From an uncultured Candidatus Micrarchaeota archaeon (GTDB lineage Archaea > Micrarchaeota > Micrarchaeia > Burarchaeales > Fermentimicrarchaeaceae): DNA of 64,000 nucleotides. Made by a program: the position numbers and the translations under genes. The DNA lies in contig CAVXDX010000012.1 of assembly GCA_963760615.1 (NCBI GenBank), positions 1 through 64,000 of the forward strand, written 5' to 3'. This document shows positions 10,684 through 20,477 of the stretch, piece after piece. The first letter of the stretch is position 1; each line of letters opens with the position of its first letter. The notes below the pieces were generated by a model that worked only from the letters and a program-made list of their open reading frames with translations, was not told where the DNA came from and searched no databases.

Positions 10684-10763
10684 GGACATTTGTCCTATTT
10701 TTTAGTATAGGAACAAACTTATATATATTTGAGTGGCTAAAACTAGCTACTCATTGGAGGTGA
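10684..10763 (+). promoter_or_regulatory. glnA promoter: BRE/TATA, two palindromes and SD
   Basis: GGACA-TT-TGTCC (10684-95), TATA TTATATAT (10719-26), TGAGTGGCTA-AAAC-TAGCTACTCA (10730-53), SD GGAGGTGA (10756-63). Confidence 0.6.
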
Positions 10764-10768
10764 ACGCG

Positions 10769-12106
10769 GTGAGTGAAAATGAGTTGAAGGAAGGGATACT
10801 CAAGAATGCAAAAAAGAACGGATTGAAGTTCGTGAGTCTGCAGTTTGTAGACATCTTTGGCGTTGCCAAAAACTGCGAGATAACCAGGGATAAACTGGAG
10901 GATGCACTCAACTCCGGTCTGTGGTTTGACGGCTCCTCCATTGAAGGGTTTGCTAGGATTCATGAAAGTGACATGCTGCTCAAGCCAGACCTAAAAACCT
11001 TCTGTTTTCTCCCGTGGACAGAGAATAAGGTTGCTAGGATAATGTGCGATGTTTATACAATCGATGAAAAACCTTTTGAAGGGGATCCAAGGGGGAATCT
11101 AAAACATTCTTTGAAGAAACTCAAAGAGGAGGGGTTTGAGTACAAGGTTGGACCTGAGCTTGAGTTCTTCTTTTTTAGGATGACGGACGGCCTTGCTCCG
11201 AATCCCGAGCCCCACGATGCTGGAAGCTACTGGGACCTGAGTCCGCTGGATTTGGCCGTGGATGTAAAAAGAGAGGTTATTGAGCAGATGGACCGCATGG
11301 GTTTGAACATAGAGAGAGGCTCACATGAGGTTGCCCCTGGACAGCATGAGATAGGTCTTGGATATGGTGATGCACTTTCAATAGCAGATAACGTTCTCAC
11401 GTATAAGAATACTCTTAAGATGATAGCAAAGAAATATGGGCTTTTTGCATCCTTCATGCCGAAACCAATTTTTGGGATAAACGGTTCTGGGATGCACACC
11501 CACCAGAGCATATGGAAAAACGGTAAGAATGCATTCTTCGACGCTGATGATAAGTACGGCCTTTCAAAAATTGCGCATCAATTCATCGCAGGCCAGCTCC
11601 ACCACGCCAGACCGCTGGCTGGTGTTGTCGCACCAACAGTCAACTCATACAAGAGGCTTGTTCCAGGCTATGAGGCACCGGTATACATCTGCTGGGCTCG
11701 GATAAACAGGTCTGCTTTGATAAGGGTGCCCAAATCGATAAAGGGTAAGAGGGAAGCAAGCAGAATAGAGCTCCGATGCCCAGACCCGTCATGCAATCCG
11801 TACTTGGCTTTCGCTGCCATGCTCTCTGCAGGTTTTGACGGAATCAAAAACAGGATGACTCCACCAGAACCGCTGGAAGAAAACGTATATCATTTTGATG
11901 ACAAGAAACTGGAAAAACTTCGGATAGGAACGCTGCCTGCATCCCTCAGTGAAGCAACTACGGAGTTGGGCAGAAGCAGAGTTATGAGAGAAGCACTGGG
12001 CGAGTTTATATTTAACAAGCTGATTGAGATTCAGGAGAAACAGTGGGATGCCTACAGGACGCAGGTAACTCCTTGGGAGATAGAGAGGTATCTACCAATC
12101 CTCTGA
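10769..12106 (+). CDS. glnA: Glutamine synthetase type I
   Basis: FDGSSI, GPELEFF, HEVAPGQHEI, FMPKP..NGSGMHTH, RLVPGYEAP, NRSALIRVP, RIELRCPDPSCNPYLA; GTG start 5 nt after SD. Confidence 0.97.
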   Translation: MSENELKEGILKNAKKNGLKFVSLQFVDIFGVAKNCEITRDKLEDALNSGLWFDGSSIEGFARIHESDMLLKPDLKTFCFLPWTENKVARIMCDVYTIDEKPFEGDPRGNLKHSLKKLKEEGFEYKVGPELEFFFFRMTDGLAPNPEPHDAGSYWDLSPLDLAVDVKREVIEQMDRMGLNIERGSHEVAPGQHEIGLGYGDALSIADNVLTYKNTLKMIAKKYGLFASFMPKPIFGINGSGMHTHQSIWKNGKNAFFDADDKYGLSKIAHQFIAGQLHHARPLAGVVAPTVNSYKRLVPGYEAPVYICWARINRSALIRVPKSIKGKREASRIELRCPDPSCNPYLAFAAMLSAGFDGIKNRMTPPEPLEENVYHFDDKKLEKLRIGTLPASLSEATTELGRSRVMREALGEFIFNKLIEIQEKQWDAYRTQVTPWEIERYLPIL

Positions 12107-12107
12107 G

Positions 12108-12179
12108 TGGGCCCGCCCGGGATCGAACCGGGAGTTTTCACCGTGTAAGGGTGACGTCTTACCATTCGACCACGAGCCC
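12108..12179 (-). tRNA. tRNA-Val(TAC)
   Basis: Cloverleaf with anticodon arm TCACC-CTTACAC-GGTGA. Confidence 0.93.
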
Positions 12180-12235
12180 GTTAACTGCGGATATTAACGA
12201 ATTTCAATTTAAAATACGTTTGGCAATTCAGGTGT

Positions 12236-13639
12236 TTAGGCAACTTCCTTCCCATCTCCTTTCTCAACTCTTCCGTACTCGCTCATGCCCGCCCTCCACA
12301 ATGAGCCGTACCTCTCGTTCATCTGCTCCTCAATTGTTTTGCCTCTCTTCACTGCAACCTCAACATGCTTCTTCTCTATGAACTCGCTTCCCTCCACAGA
12401 GGCAATGTCTCCTGCAAGCTTTATTATCCCGCTCACTCCCCTCAGGCGCAGGGTTAATGCAGCAACATCGTCTATTGTTTTGGCCCTCTTCCTCGCCTCG
12501 CTTATTATCGCCTGGATTGCGCCTGCATCTGCATGCGGTATTCTGCCGTCCTTCACTATCTCCTGCGCCACGAACTGCACCATTTTCATCTGGTTCTCTT
12601 CAGTGTCATCCATATATGTTTTCAGCAGAACTTCGTAGCCGTTGCCTGTCATCCTTGACCTCAAGGGCGGGAGCAGCGAAGGCAAATCGCTCATGTTCAA
12701 TGCAGCAACAAGTATGAAGTCGCATGGAACGGCATCAACCCTCACAGATGCTCCTGTGCTCGACTCATTTCTTCCAGTCACTGGGAACTTCTTCTCCTGC
12801 ATTGCTGTGAGTATGAACCTCTGCAGATAACCAAGATTCGCTATTTCATCTACGAAAAGCACTCCCTCATGCGCCTCGTGAATCGCCCCTGGGACAACCC
12901 GCATATAGGGCAGCGTGCCTACCTCAGGATGCCCTCCGTATGGGTCGTGCCTCACGTCTCCGAGCAGCTCAGTCTCTGATGCGCCTGTTGCCTGCACAAA
13001 TGTCTCCCTCTTTAGGGGCACTATTACCTTCCTAGGTCTCACTTCTGAATCAATGACCTTTGTGAGCGACTTCTGGTCATACACTCTCACCTTGTCCCCG
13101 TCCGCCCTCTCGTATACCATTATCTCCTCCTTCCCATCCGGGCATTTCCTCGTTGCATATACACGGTCCTTTGTCTTTGTTGCATTCGTTGAGACAAAAT
13201 CCTCAAATGGGGATACGCGCTTCATCTGCTTGTCAGAGCCGCAGTTGGGGCACACCTGAGGGTTCGTGCTGAGCACTCCGCACATTTCGCACCTGCAGCC
13301 CAGTTTCTCTGCAATATACTTTGGAATCTTGGAAACGGGAACTACCACGCCCTCCTCCCTGCTGCCTGAGCATGGCTTGAACTCCCTCACATCCAGCATA
13401 GGTCTTTCAGGGTTTGAGAAGTTGTGCAGCACTGCCACCTCTTGCTTCGGCGGGGGTATCAGATGGGCCAGAGACTGGGCTATCATGCTCTTTCCGGTTC
13501 CCGGAGGGCCAACGAGAAGAAGATGTCTCCTCTGCCTTGAGGCTATTCTCGCTGCCTCAACTGCGCCACCCTGTCCTATTATCATTTCAAGCGGATCCTT
13601 GGGCAGAGCAACGTCTTTTGTGCTCCCCGGTAGGTCCAT
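12236..13639 (-). CDS. LonB-like AAA+ ATPase lacking the protease domain, with a Zn-finger insertion
   Basis: LEMIIGQ, Walker A GPPGTGKS, GAIHEAHEGVLFVDE, CEMC..CPNC insert, LRLRGVSG; no GPSAG domain. Confidence 0.8.
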   Translation of the reverse strand: MDLPGSTKDVALPKDPLEMIIGQGGAVEAARIASRQRRHLLLVGPPGTGKSMIAQSLAHLIPPPKQEVAVLHNFSNPERPMLDVREFKPCSGSREEGVVVPVSKIPKYIAEKLGCRCEMCGVLSTNPQVCPNCGSDKQMKRVSPFEDFVSTNATKTKDRVYATRKCPDGKEEIMVYERADGDKVRVYDQKSLTKVIDSEVRPRKVIVPLKRETFVQATGASETELLGDVRHDPYGGHPEVGTLPYMRVVPGAIHEAHEGVLFVDEIANLGYLQRFILTAMQEKKFPVTGRNESSTGASVRVDAVPCDFILVAALNMSDLPSLLPPLRSRMTGNGYEVLLKTYMDDTEENQMKMVQFVAQEIVKDGRIPHADAGAIQAIISEARKRAKTIDDVAALTLRLRGVSGIIKLAGDIASVEGSEFIEKKHVEVAVKRGKTIEEQMNERYGSLWRAGMSEYGRVEKGDGKEVA

Positions 13640-13696
13640 AGAGTAGCTTTTGATGCTACATTTTTATATTGCTTTTGAAAGGAAAAAAGAAAAAAA

Positions 13697-14983
13697 TCAG
13701 AACTTTGTGGATATCAGCATGTCCTCAGGCCTTCGGAATATGTTGCCCAACTTCACTCCAAGAAGTATCTTCGCCCCCTTGTTCTCAGCTAAATCAACAA
13801 GCCTCTGCGTGATTATCCCATCCAACACAACTGCATATATTGGTGCCGTGTCAGTGAGCGCCTTGATCAAATCCCTCACAGGAACTTCAAACTTGAGGGA
13901 AAGTTGCTCGTCATATATCCTTGCCCTCAGTGTATTCTCCAGCTCAGTCAGGCTTGTGAGCAGCATCTGCGGGGGCTCAACCTCTGTGCTTATCTTGGTT
14001 ATATCTTGCAGGGCAGACTCCTCCACTTTTGGTGGCGCGGGCTGCATCTCAGGAGGGCGGTACTGCTGCCTCTCTTCCTGTCTTTGTGGATACTGCTCTG
14101 GCTTCGGCTGGTACTGCTCCTGCCTAGGCTGGTATGAAACTTCCTGCTTTGGCTTGGCGTTCTCCGTCACCTGCTCTATTGGAACCTTGCCTCTCAGACA
14201 TTTTATTATCTCCTTTCTAGTGAGTTCCTCCACCTCCTTCCCTGCGGGCGCTCTTGCAATGTAGTCAATCTCAGCCACCTGGGAGAGCTCCTTGAGTATG
14301 ATGTCCCCTCCCCTATCCCCGTCCAAGAAAACAGTGACCTCCTTCTCCTTGCACAGTGCTGCAAGAGTTCTAGGCACATTGGCGCCTCCTACTGCAATCA
14401 CATTGTTTATGTCGTTCTTGAGCAGGTTTATCACATCTGCTCTTCCCTCAACTATGATTACTGAGTCGTATGTAGTTATGTTTGGACCGGAAGGCAGCTT
14501 CTCAGGCCCATACTCGGAAACCTCGGCAGTCTTCACCTCCTGCCTAACAAGCTGCGAGATCTCCCTGCTCTCAGGTATCTCGGTTGCAAGAAGCGTTTTC
14601 AGCAAAGACTTGGCCCTGTCTACAACCACTTTTCTCTTTGCATTTCTTGTATCTTCTATCTTCTCAACATTCACCCTTGCATCACAGGGGCCCACCCTGT
14701 CAACGGTTTCCAGGGCAGCTGCCAGTATGCTCGTCTCAACCATGTCCAACGAGGATGGAAGCATTATCTTTCCCACGCTCCTGCCTCCCCTCACCTGTAT
14801 GTCAACCTCTATCCTGCCTATCCTGCCGTTCTTCTGCAGCTCCCTCAAGTCCAATTCGTCTCCTAGAAGACCTTCAGTCTGTCCGAAGACTGCTCCAACG
14901 ACATCGGGCTTCTCCACAAGCCCCCCTATCTCAATATTCGCGGATATCACATATTTCACAGTGTCAATATACGTCTTAGCCAT
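13697..14983 (-). CDS. dnaG: Archaeal DnaG-type primase (exosome-associated)
   Basis: GLVEKPDVVGAVFGQTEGLLG, VEGRADV, DGDRGG, LDGIITQRLVD. Confidence 0.95.
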   Translation of the reverse strand: MAKTYIDTVKYVISANIEIGGLVEKPDVVGAVFGQTEGLLGDELDLRELQKNGRIGRIEVDIQVRGGRSVGKIMLPSSLDMVETSILAAALETVDRVGPCDARVNVEKIEDTRNAKRKVVVDRAKSLLKTLLATEIPESREISQLVRQEVKTAEVSEYGPEKLPSGPNITTYDSVIIVEGRADVINLLKNDINNVIAVGGANVPRTLAALCKEKEVTVFLDGDRGGDIILKELSQVAEIDYIARAPAGKEVEELTRKEIIKCLRGKVPIEQVTENAKPKQEVSYQPRQEQYQPKPEQYPQRQEERQQYRPPEMQPAPPKVEESALQDITKISTEVEPPQMLLTSLTELENTLRARIYDEQLSLKFEVPVRDLIKALTDTAPIYAVVLDGIITQRLVDLAENKGAKILLGVKLGNIFRRPEDMLISTKF

Positions 14984-15371
14984 TTGGATCACCCTCAATT
15001 TTCTTTTTGAATTCCTCCAGTTTCCTGTCAATCTCCTCGAAGTTGTACACCCCGAGCAGATACCTCAGTTTCCTCCTTACTTCAGTGTCAGGAAGCACAT
15101 TGTATGAATACAACGCTTCCTCAACTCTCTTGCACAGCTTCTCTCCAGTCTCATCGAAATCGGTGAGAACCACCGCCTCGTCAGCAATTTTTGCAACTCT
15201 TTTGCACAACTCATCAGGGGTTAGGTTTATCAGGAATATCCTGTTCCTCACCCCTATGCGCTCAAGGGCTGCCTTGTCCCTCTTTCCCTCCACCAGTATC
15301 GGCTTTCCGCTTTCCTCCAGCTCCCTCAGAACCCTGCGGAGCAGCTTCTGCTTCCTCTGAAGCTTCCTCAT
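14976..15371 (-). CDS. Small Toprim-domain protein
   Basis: ILVEGKRDKAAL, VLTDFDETGE. Confidence 0.85.
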   Translation of the reverse strand: MRKLQRKQKLLRRVLRELEESGKPILVEGKRDKAALERIGVRNRIFLINLTPDELCKRVAKIADEAVVLTDFDETGEKLCKRVEEALYSYNVLPDTEVRRKLRYLLGVYNFEEIDRKLEEFKKKIEGDPNG

Positions 15372-15540
15372 CCTTAGAGGAGTGAATTTCTTCACTTTCA
15401 TCACTTGCAACTTTGTAGGTGTAGAGAATAAGAGTAGAAGTGTACTGTGCAATGTTGACCGAATTTCATTGATCGGCTTTCTCCATCAGCCATCCTTTGC
15501 ACAGCAGTTATATTTTGAATAAACCCCTATATAAGCTTGA

Positions 15541-16086
15541 TTAAACTGACTCCTCCTCTACACACTCCTCGCAGGCAAGCTTGCCACCGCTCTTCTTCAG
15601 TGTCTCCGAATAGTTGCCGCATATCTCGCAGTTGCCCGACACAAATTCAGAAGCACCAAAATTTTCCAGCTCTGTTTTCTCGCGTATTATCTCGTAGAGC
15701 CCTGGCGATATCCTCACTATGTCCGTCTCTCCTATGATGCCTATGAGTTTCCCCTTGTCATTAACCACAGGCAACCTCTTTATCCCCTCATCCCTGAGTA
15801 TCTCTGCAACCTTCTCTATCATCTCATCAGGCCCTACTGTCTTGAGTTTGGAGTGCATAATTTCCTTCATGAGAGTCTCCCTGGGGTCTCTCCCCTCTGC
15901 AACCACTTTATAGGTTATATCCCCCTCCGTCACTATTCCCACTAGAGCGTCATCCTTTAGTATTACTACGGAGCCTATCTTGTTTTCCCTCATAAGCTTC
16001 GCTGCTTCCATAGCTGTGTTCTCTTCCTTGAGGGTTACAACCTCCCTCTTCATACAGTCTCCTACTCTTATTTCCTTTACCTTCAT
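15541..16086 (-). CDS. CBS-domain pair protein with C-terminal Zn ribbon
   Basis: Two CBS repeats (GIVTEGDI, GIIGETDI) plus CEIC..CEEC. Confidence 0.88.
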   Translation of the reverse strand: MKVKEIRVGDCMKREVVTLKEENTAMEAAKLMRENKIGSVVILKDDALVGIVTEGDITYKVVAEGRDPRETLMKEIMHSKLKTVGPDEMIEKVAEILRDEGIKRLPVVNDKGKLIGIIGETDIVRISPGLYEIIREKTELENFGASEFVSGNCEICGNYSETLKKSGGKLACEECVEEESV

Positions 16087-16143
16087 ACACTATGCTTTTG
16101 CACTAGTAATTTTATAAAACTTCGCCGAGCAGCTTATAATGGT

Positions 16144-16533
16144 GTGGATTTGCTGAGGTATGCAAAGGGTGCACGGGGCGAGAGAGAGCTGATCAACATA
16201 TTCCATGAGAATGGCTTCTCGGTGATACGGGCAGCCGGGAGCGGAGTCAGCTCCCTGTGCCCTGACATGCTTGTCTTCAGGAAGGGTTTGCAGTATGCAT
16301 TCGAATGCAAGGCGTGGAACTCCGGAAGCTTGAGCATAGAGAAGGAGAAGTTCAAAGCACTCAAGGAGTGGGAGGACAACACGGGCATAACCACATTCAT
16401 TGCTTGGAGGATGAACAGGGTGGGCTGGAGGTTCATTTACCTCAGCGAGCTTGAGGAGAACCCGAGGAGCTACACTGTGACAAGGAGCAGGGCATTGGCA
16501 ATAGGTAGGGTGCTTGACAAGCTTCTGGGATAG
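16144..16533 (+). CDS. hjc: Holliday junction resolvase Hjc
   Basis: KGARGERELI, RAAGSG, PDM, ECK motifs. Confidence 0.93.
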   Translation: MDLLRYAKGARGERELINIFHENGFSVIRAAGSGVSSLCPDMLVFRKGLQYAFECKAWNSGSLSIEKEKFKALKEWEDNTGITTFIAWRMNRVGWRFIYLSELEENPRSYTVTRSRALAIGRVLDKLLG

Positions 16534-16572
16534 GTTTTTTAATGAAGATAGGCAATATGTAACAGGGGTTCA

Positions 16573-16959
16573 ATGAAGGAGCTTCTTGTACTGGCGAAGG
16601 ACAGAATAGGGCTTCTGGCTGACTTATCCTACATACTGGGCCAAGCAGGCATCAACATAGAGTCTATCTCAGCTGATACTCTTGGAGACAAGGCTGTGAT
16701 ACACCTGATTGTTTCCGATGACAAGCAGGGGAAGGAATTGCTGGAGAGGGGGGGCTTCATAGTGATGAGCTCGGATGCCATTGTCATAAAGGTGAAGGAG
16801 AGGCCTGGCGAGTTTTCAAGGGTCACCAGGGTGCTGGCAAACGCAAGGATAAACATAAAGAGCACTCAACTGCTCACAAAGGAGGGCGGACTTGCCTTAT
16901 ACACTCTGAGAGTTGATAATGTAAAGAAGGCAGCAGCCCTACTCAAGGACTATATGTGA
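16573..16959 (+). CDS. Tandem ACT-domain protein
   Basis: DRIGLLADLS..L.AGINI and ERPGEFSRV..LA.A.INI repeats. Confidence 0.85.
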   Translation: MKELLVLAKDRIGLLADLSYILGQAGINIESISADTLGDKAVIHLIVSDDKQGKELLERGGFIVMSSDAIVIKVKERPGEFSRVTRVLANARINIKSTQLLTKEGGLALYTLRVDNVKKAAALLKDYM

Positions 16960-16960
16960 T

Positions 16961-17437
16961 TTGATGAGAAAGCTCAAATCCTTCCGCTCTGAAAGCAGGA
17001 ACTCGCTTCTTAATTGGCATAGAGTGAAGAACCCACTGAGAGTTTCTCTGAATTTTCTTCTAATATACACTGCAAGATACATGCCTTCACTCAGTGTGAA
17101 GAATTTCCTTTACAGGCTTACTGGGATGAAGGTTGGGAAGGATGTCGCTGTAGGGCTGGGGGCAGTTTTTGATATATTCTTCCCTGAGCTCATAGAGATT
17201 GGGGATAACTGCATAATAGGCTACGGGGTGACTGTGCTGGCACACGAGTTTCTCATCAAGGAGTGGAAGACTGGGAGGGTGAAGATAGGCAGGAATGTCC
17301 TCATAGGAGCTAACACAACGGTGCTTGCCGGGGTGAGCATAGGCGACAACTCAACAGTATCGGCATGCTCTCTGGTGAATGACAGTATACCGGCGGACTC
17401 CTTCTACGCAGGAGTCCCGGCAAAAAAGGTGAAGTGA
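16961..17437 (+). CDS. Hexapeptide-repeat acyltransferase
   Basis: IGDNCIIG, IGRNVLIGANTTVLAGVSIGD. Confidence 0.85.
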   Translation: MMRKLKSFRSESRNSLLNWHRVKNPLRVSLNFLLIYTARYMPSLSVKNFLYRLTGMKVGKDVAVGLGAVFDIFFPELIEIGDNCIIGYGVTVLAHEFLIKEWKTGRVKIGRNVLIGANTTVLAGVSIGDNSTVSACSLVNDSIPADSFYAGVPAKKVK

Positions 17438-18120
17438 GTTTGATGAAGAGGAGTCTTCTTATCATCTCTTTGATAATACTCGTAGACTTGATAGGGATAG
17501 CCTATGGGTATTACTACTATGCAGAACAGCTGGGCTCATCCCCTCTTTACCTCTGGCTGTTCATACCCGACTGCCCCTTCTATGTCATGGTGTTTACAAT
17601 TGCACTACTGCTTGCAATCTTTGGATTTGAGAGCAGGCTCTTCAGCTACATAGCTGCAGTTGGTATGATGGAGTATGGCCTGTGGACTGCAACAGCGCTG
17701 GTGCTATTTGGGGATTATTTTTTCTCAAGTAAGCTCTGGCTGATGTCCTCCGTCCTCTTCATACTCCATATTGGAATGTTCGCGGAAGGCCCGCTGCTCA
17801 TCCCTAAAAAAATTGGCAGAAGGCACCTGGGTGTAGGCTTGCTGTGGTTCTTCATAAACGATTACATTGACTACTTCTATGGCTACTTGAACACGGCAGG
17901 AGCGTATGTTCTAGGAACGCACCCAATTCTTCCTTCAGCTGACAGACTTCCTCTCATGATGGTTCTGACCTTCATTCTCACTATACTCTCTAGCTTCTTC
18001 GCCTACAGGTGGTCGCAGACCTCCGCAAGCTGGCCTGCGAGGAAAGAGCTAGAGGAAGTGGAGGGTTACTTTCAGACAGTAAGGAAAACAAGCAGGGGAA
18101 GGAGAAGCAGCAGGAAGTAA
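17434..18120 (+). CDS. DUF1405-like membrane protein
   Basis: GYYYY..QL, FIPDCP, YGLWT, NDYIDY motifs; multiple TMs. Confidence 0.7.
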   Translation: MSLMKRSLLIISLIILVDLIGIAYGYYYYAEQLGSSPLYLWLFIPDCPFYVMVFTIALLLAIFGFESRLFSYIAAVGMMEYGLWTATALVLFGDYFFSSKLWLMSSVLFILHIGMFAEGPLLIPKKIGRRHLGVGLLWFFINDYIDYFYGYLNTAGAYVLGTHPILPSADRLPLMMVLTFILTILSSFFAYRWSQTSASWPARKELEEVEGYFQTVRKTSRGRRSSRK

Positions 18121-18752
18121 TCCGCAGGGCTGAATCTGATGTCGACTGCTACACCTATGTTTTCAGGGTCAAAGCCCCGCGACTCCAGCGATATGGCAAG
18201 CTCGCTGGCACGCTTCAGCGATGAGTGTAGGAGAGGCACTAGGAGGGGAATGGGAAGTGAGAATGGGGCAAGCTCGTAGCCTCTCACGGCCTGGGATATC
18301 CTTATTCTGCCAAGCTTCTCCTGCATGATGGGGAGGAAGCGTATGGACACTGTGAGCATGAAGGCGAACTCGCTTGGCACCTTGAAGAAGACAAGCGCCT
18401 GCAGTATGGATTTGACTTCAGTTGTGTATATGCCTAGCATGGTGAGGAGTATTATGTTCAGCGTGAAGAGGGAGCCCATGATTCCAGAATACAGGCCATT
18501 TCGCGGGTTTATGAGCAGATTAAGGAAGATTGGCAGCATGATGAAAAGCCAGCCCGCCCCCAGGTCGCGCAGAGGCTGGGTCAATTGTATGCGGCCCAGC
18601 GCATAGAGAAGCAGTGTGAGCAGTGAGCAGAGGATAAGCACTACGAGGTTCTGCCTTACTATGAGAAGGAGAAATAAGAAGAAGAGGTAGAGTATTTTCA
18701 CCCTTGCATCAACGCTGTGTATCGGAGAGCTTTGGGGAATGAACGCTATCAT
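18072..18752 (-). CDS. ecfT: ECF transporter transmembrane component T
   Basis: DARVKIL, RFLPIM, SQAVRG, LAISLESRGF. Confidence 0.9.
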   Translation of the reverse strand: MIAFIPQSSPIHSVDARVKILYLFFLFLLLIVRQNLVVLILCSLLTLLLYALGRIQLTQPLRDLGAGWLFIMLPIFLNLLINPRNGLYSGIMGSLFTLNIILLTMLGIYTTEVKSILQALVFFKVPSEFAFMLTVSIRFLPIMQEKLGRIRISQAVRGYELAPFSLPIPLLVPLLHSSLKRASELAISLESRGFDPENIGVAVDIRFSPADYFLLLLLPLLVFLTV

Positions 18753-19525
18753 TCACCCACCTGCAGAGGTTTTTTTAATTTTTTCCTAAGCGGATAGGGA
18801 ACTTTCAGCCCGTAGCGCTCAATCTTTGGATTTGAGAGCACGCTCTTCGTAGGACCATCAAGCTCTATCCTGCCACCCTTCACAACCACAACTCTTTCTG
18901 CATTATTCAGCAGCATCTCCGTGTCATGCTCAACCACAATTATCGTCCTCCCCATCCTGCTTAGGTTTCTCAGCATCCTATAAAGCTCATTAGCACTGCC
19001 AAAATCAAGGTTTGAGGAGGGTTCATCCAGCAGTATTATCTCAGGCTCCATGGCAAGGGTTGAAGCAACGGTGAGCTTCTGCTTCTGGCCTTCTGATAGG
19101 TTGTTCGGGTTCTGGTCCTTCATAGACTCCAGCCCGAAGAGCCTGAGGTATTTCATAACCCTGGTCTCTATCTCTTCCTTGGGGAGCCTTCTGTTCTCAA
19201 GGGCAAATGCAACCTCGTCCCACAGCTTCAGCGAGAATATCTGCGAGTTGGGGTCCTGCAGAACTATCCCTATGCCTTTTGAAAGCTCGCTCACGCTGGT
19301 TTTTCTGGTATCCCTGCCGCGCACGAGTACCTCACCCTCAAACTTTCCTTCTATGAGGTGCGGTATGACGCCGTTCATCGTGAAGAGCAGGGTGCTCTTG
19401 CCGCTTCCCACAGGCCCTATCACCCCAACAAATTCGCCCTTGCCAATTGAGAGGTTTAGATTCGACAGGACTTTCTTTTCCCCGTAGGAGAAGCTGAGGT
19501 TGCTTATCTGTATAAGCTCTACCAT
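18749..19525 (-). CDS. ecfA: ECF transporter ATPase
   Basis: GPVGSGKST, LQDPNSQI, LSEGQKQK, LLDEP, VEHD. Confidence 0.9.
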   Translation of the reverse strand: MVELIQISNLSFSYGEKKVLSNLNLSIGKGEFVGVIGPVGSGKSTLLFTMNGVIPHLIEGKFEGEVLVRGRDTRKTSVSELSKGIGIVLQDPNSQIFSLKLWDEVAFALENRRLPKEEIETRVMKYLRLFGLESMKDQNPNNLSEGQKQKLTVASTLAMEPEIILLDEPSSNLDFGSANELYRMLRNLSRMGRTIIVVEHDTEMLLNNAERVVVVKGGRIELDGPTKSVLSNPKIERYGLKVPYPLRKKLKKPLQVGE

Positions 19526-20355
19526 TTCATGTACCTCTCGATGAACCCAAACCTGAATGCCAGGGTCCATGCTACTGCAACTTCCATGAACCCCTGAAAT
19601 GCATTCCACAAGAATATCAGGTACCAGGGAACTTCATTCATAAAATCGCTGGGCGATATGCGGAAGAAAAGCGGCCCTGCGAAGTAGTAGTTTGAGATTA
19701 TCATGGCTATGCCGCGGACGATGACGCTCAGGGACGTGACTATGAGCATTGCATCGGCATTGGAGAAAATGAGGGGACTTACATCCTTGGAGTACCTGCC
19801 CCAGAAGTGCAGCACAAGAAGCGAGAATACTGTTATTGTTGCAATTGGCAGTAAGCCAAGGAGCAGGTCCGATGCTCTGACATTTGTCTGAGTATTATTC
19901 AGGTAATTGACGCTGGGGACTGTGTACATTATATCCGAAGACGGCGGGACATAGGGCTGAGCAGCGAGGTTTGTGTTTATCGACAGGATGAAAAGCATCA
20001 TGGAGATGAAAAGCGCGAAGAATACATTGATGAGAAGCTTGCCCAAATCGAAATTCTTCTTTATCGAGAGAAGGTAGAATGCGGGCACGAGGAACATTGG
20101 GACTGTAGCAGTGAACTTCATTATGGCGCCAATCCACGAGGTGGGGGCAACGAGGGTTATGATGAGCGCGGTAAGGAGGGCTGTGTACATCGCCGCATCG
20201 AGCCCGAAGAGTAGGAAGCCAAGCAGAATGGGAACTCCCACAAGATCAACCGTCATCCCGAAGCCGCTGGGCACCCCTATAACTCCATTGGAAACCTGCA
20301 GAATTGCCGCCACGCACGAGAGCATTGCTACTGCGGTTAGTTTGTATGTTTTCAT
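19519..20355 (-). CDS. ECF transporter S component (enlarged)
   Basis: TAVAMLS.VAAIL, DLVGVP.LLG.LLFG, GAIMKF; first gene of ecfA-ecfT operon. Confidence 0.7.
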   Translation of the reverse strand: MKTYKLTAVAMLSCVAAILQVSNGVIGVPSGFGMTVDLVGVPILLGFLLFGLDAAMYTALLTALIITLVAPTSWIGAIMKFTATVPMFLVPAFYLLSIKKNFDLGKLLINVFFALFISMMLFILSINTNLAAQPYVPPSSDIMYTVPSVNYLNNTQTNVRASDLLLGLLPIATITVFSLLVLHFWGRYSKDVSPLIFSNADAMLIVTSLSVIVRGIAMIISNYYFAGPLFFRISPSDFMNEVPWYLIFLWNAFQGFMEVAVAWTLAFRFGFIERYMKW

Positions 20356-20477
20356 AGAGAGAGATTTGCTTTTTACTCTTTTAAATGTATTTACTCAAAA
20401 ATAGTTATTATGAGTAGGCAGCCACTGGTGCCTTGCCCTAGGGAATATTTTTAAATGAGAGGATAGAAATCTAGAGT

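Noticed and set aside
14040-14170. Gln/Pro-rich low-complexity stretch in DnaG
   Set aside because: Variable inter-domain linker, expected in archaeal DnaG
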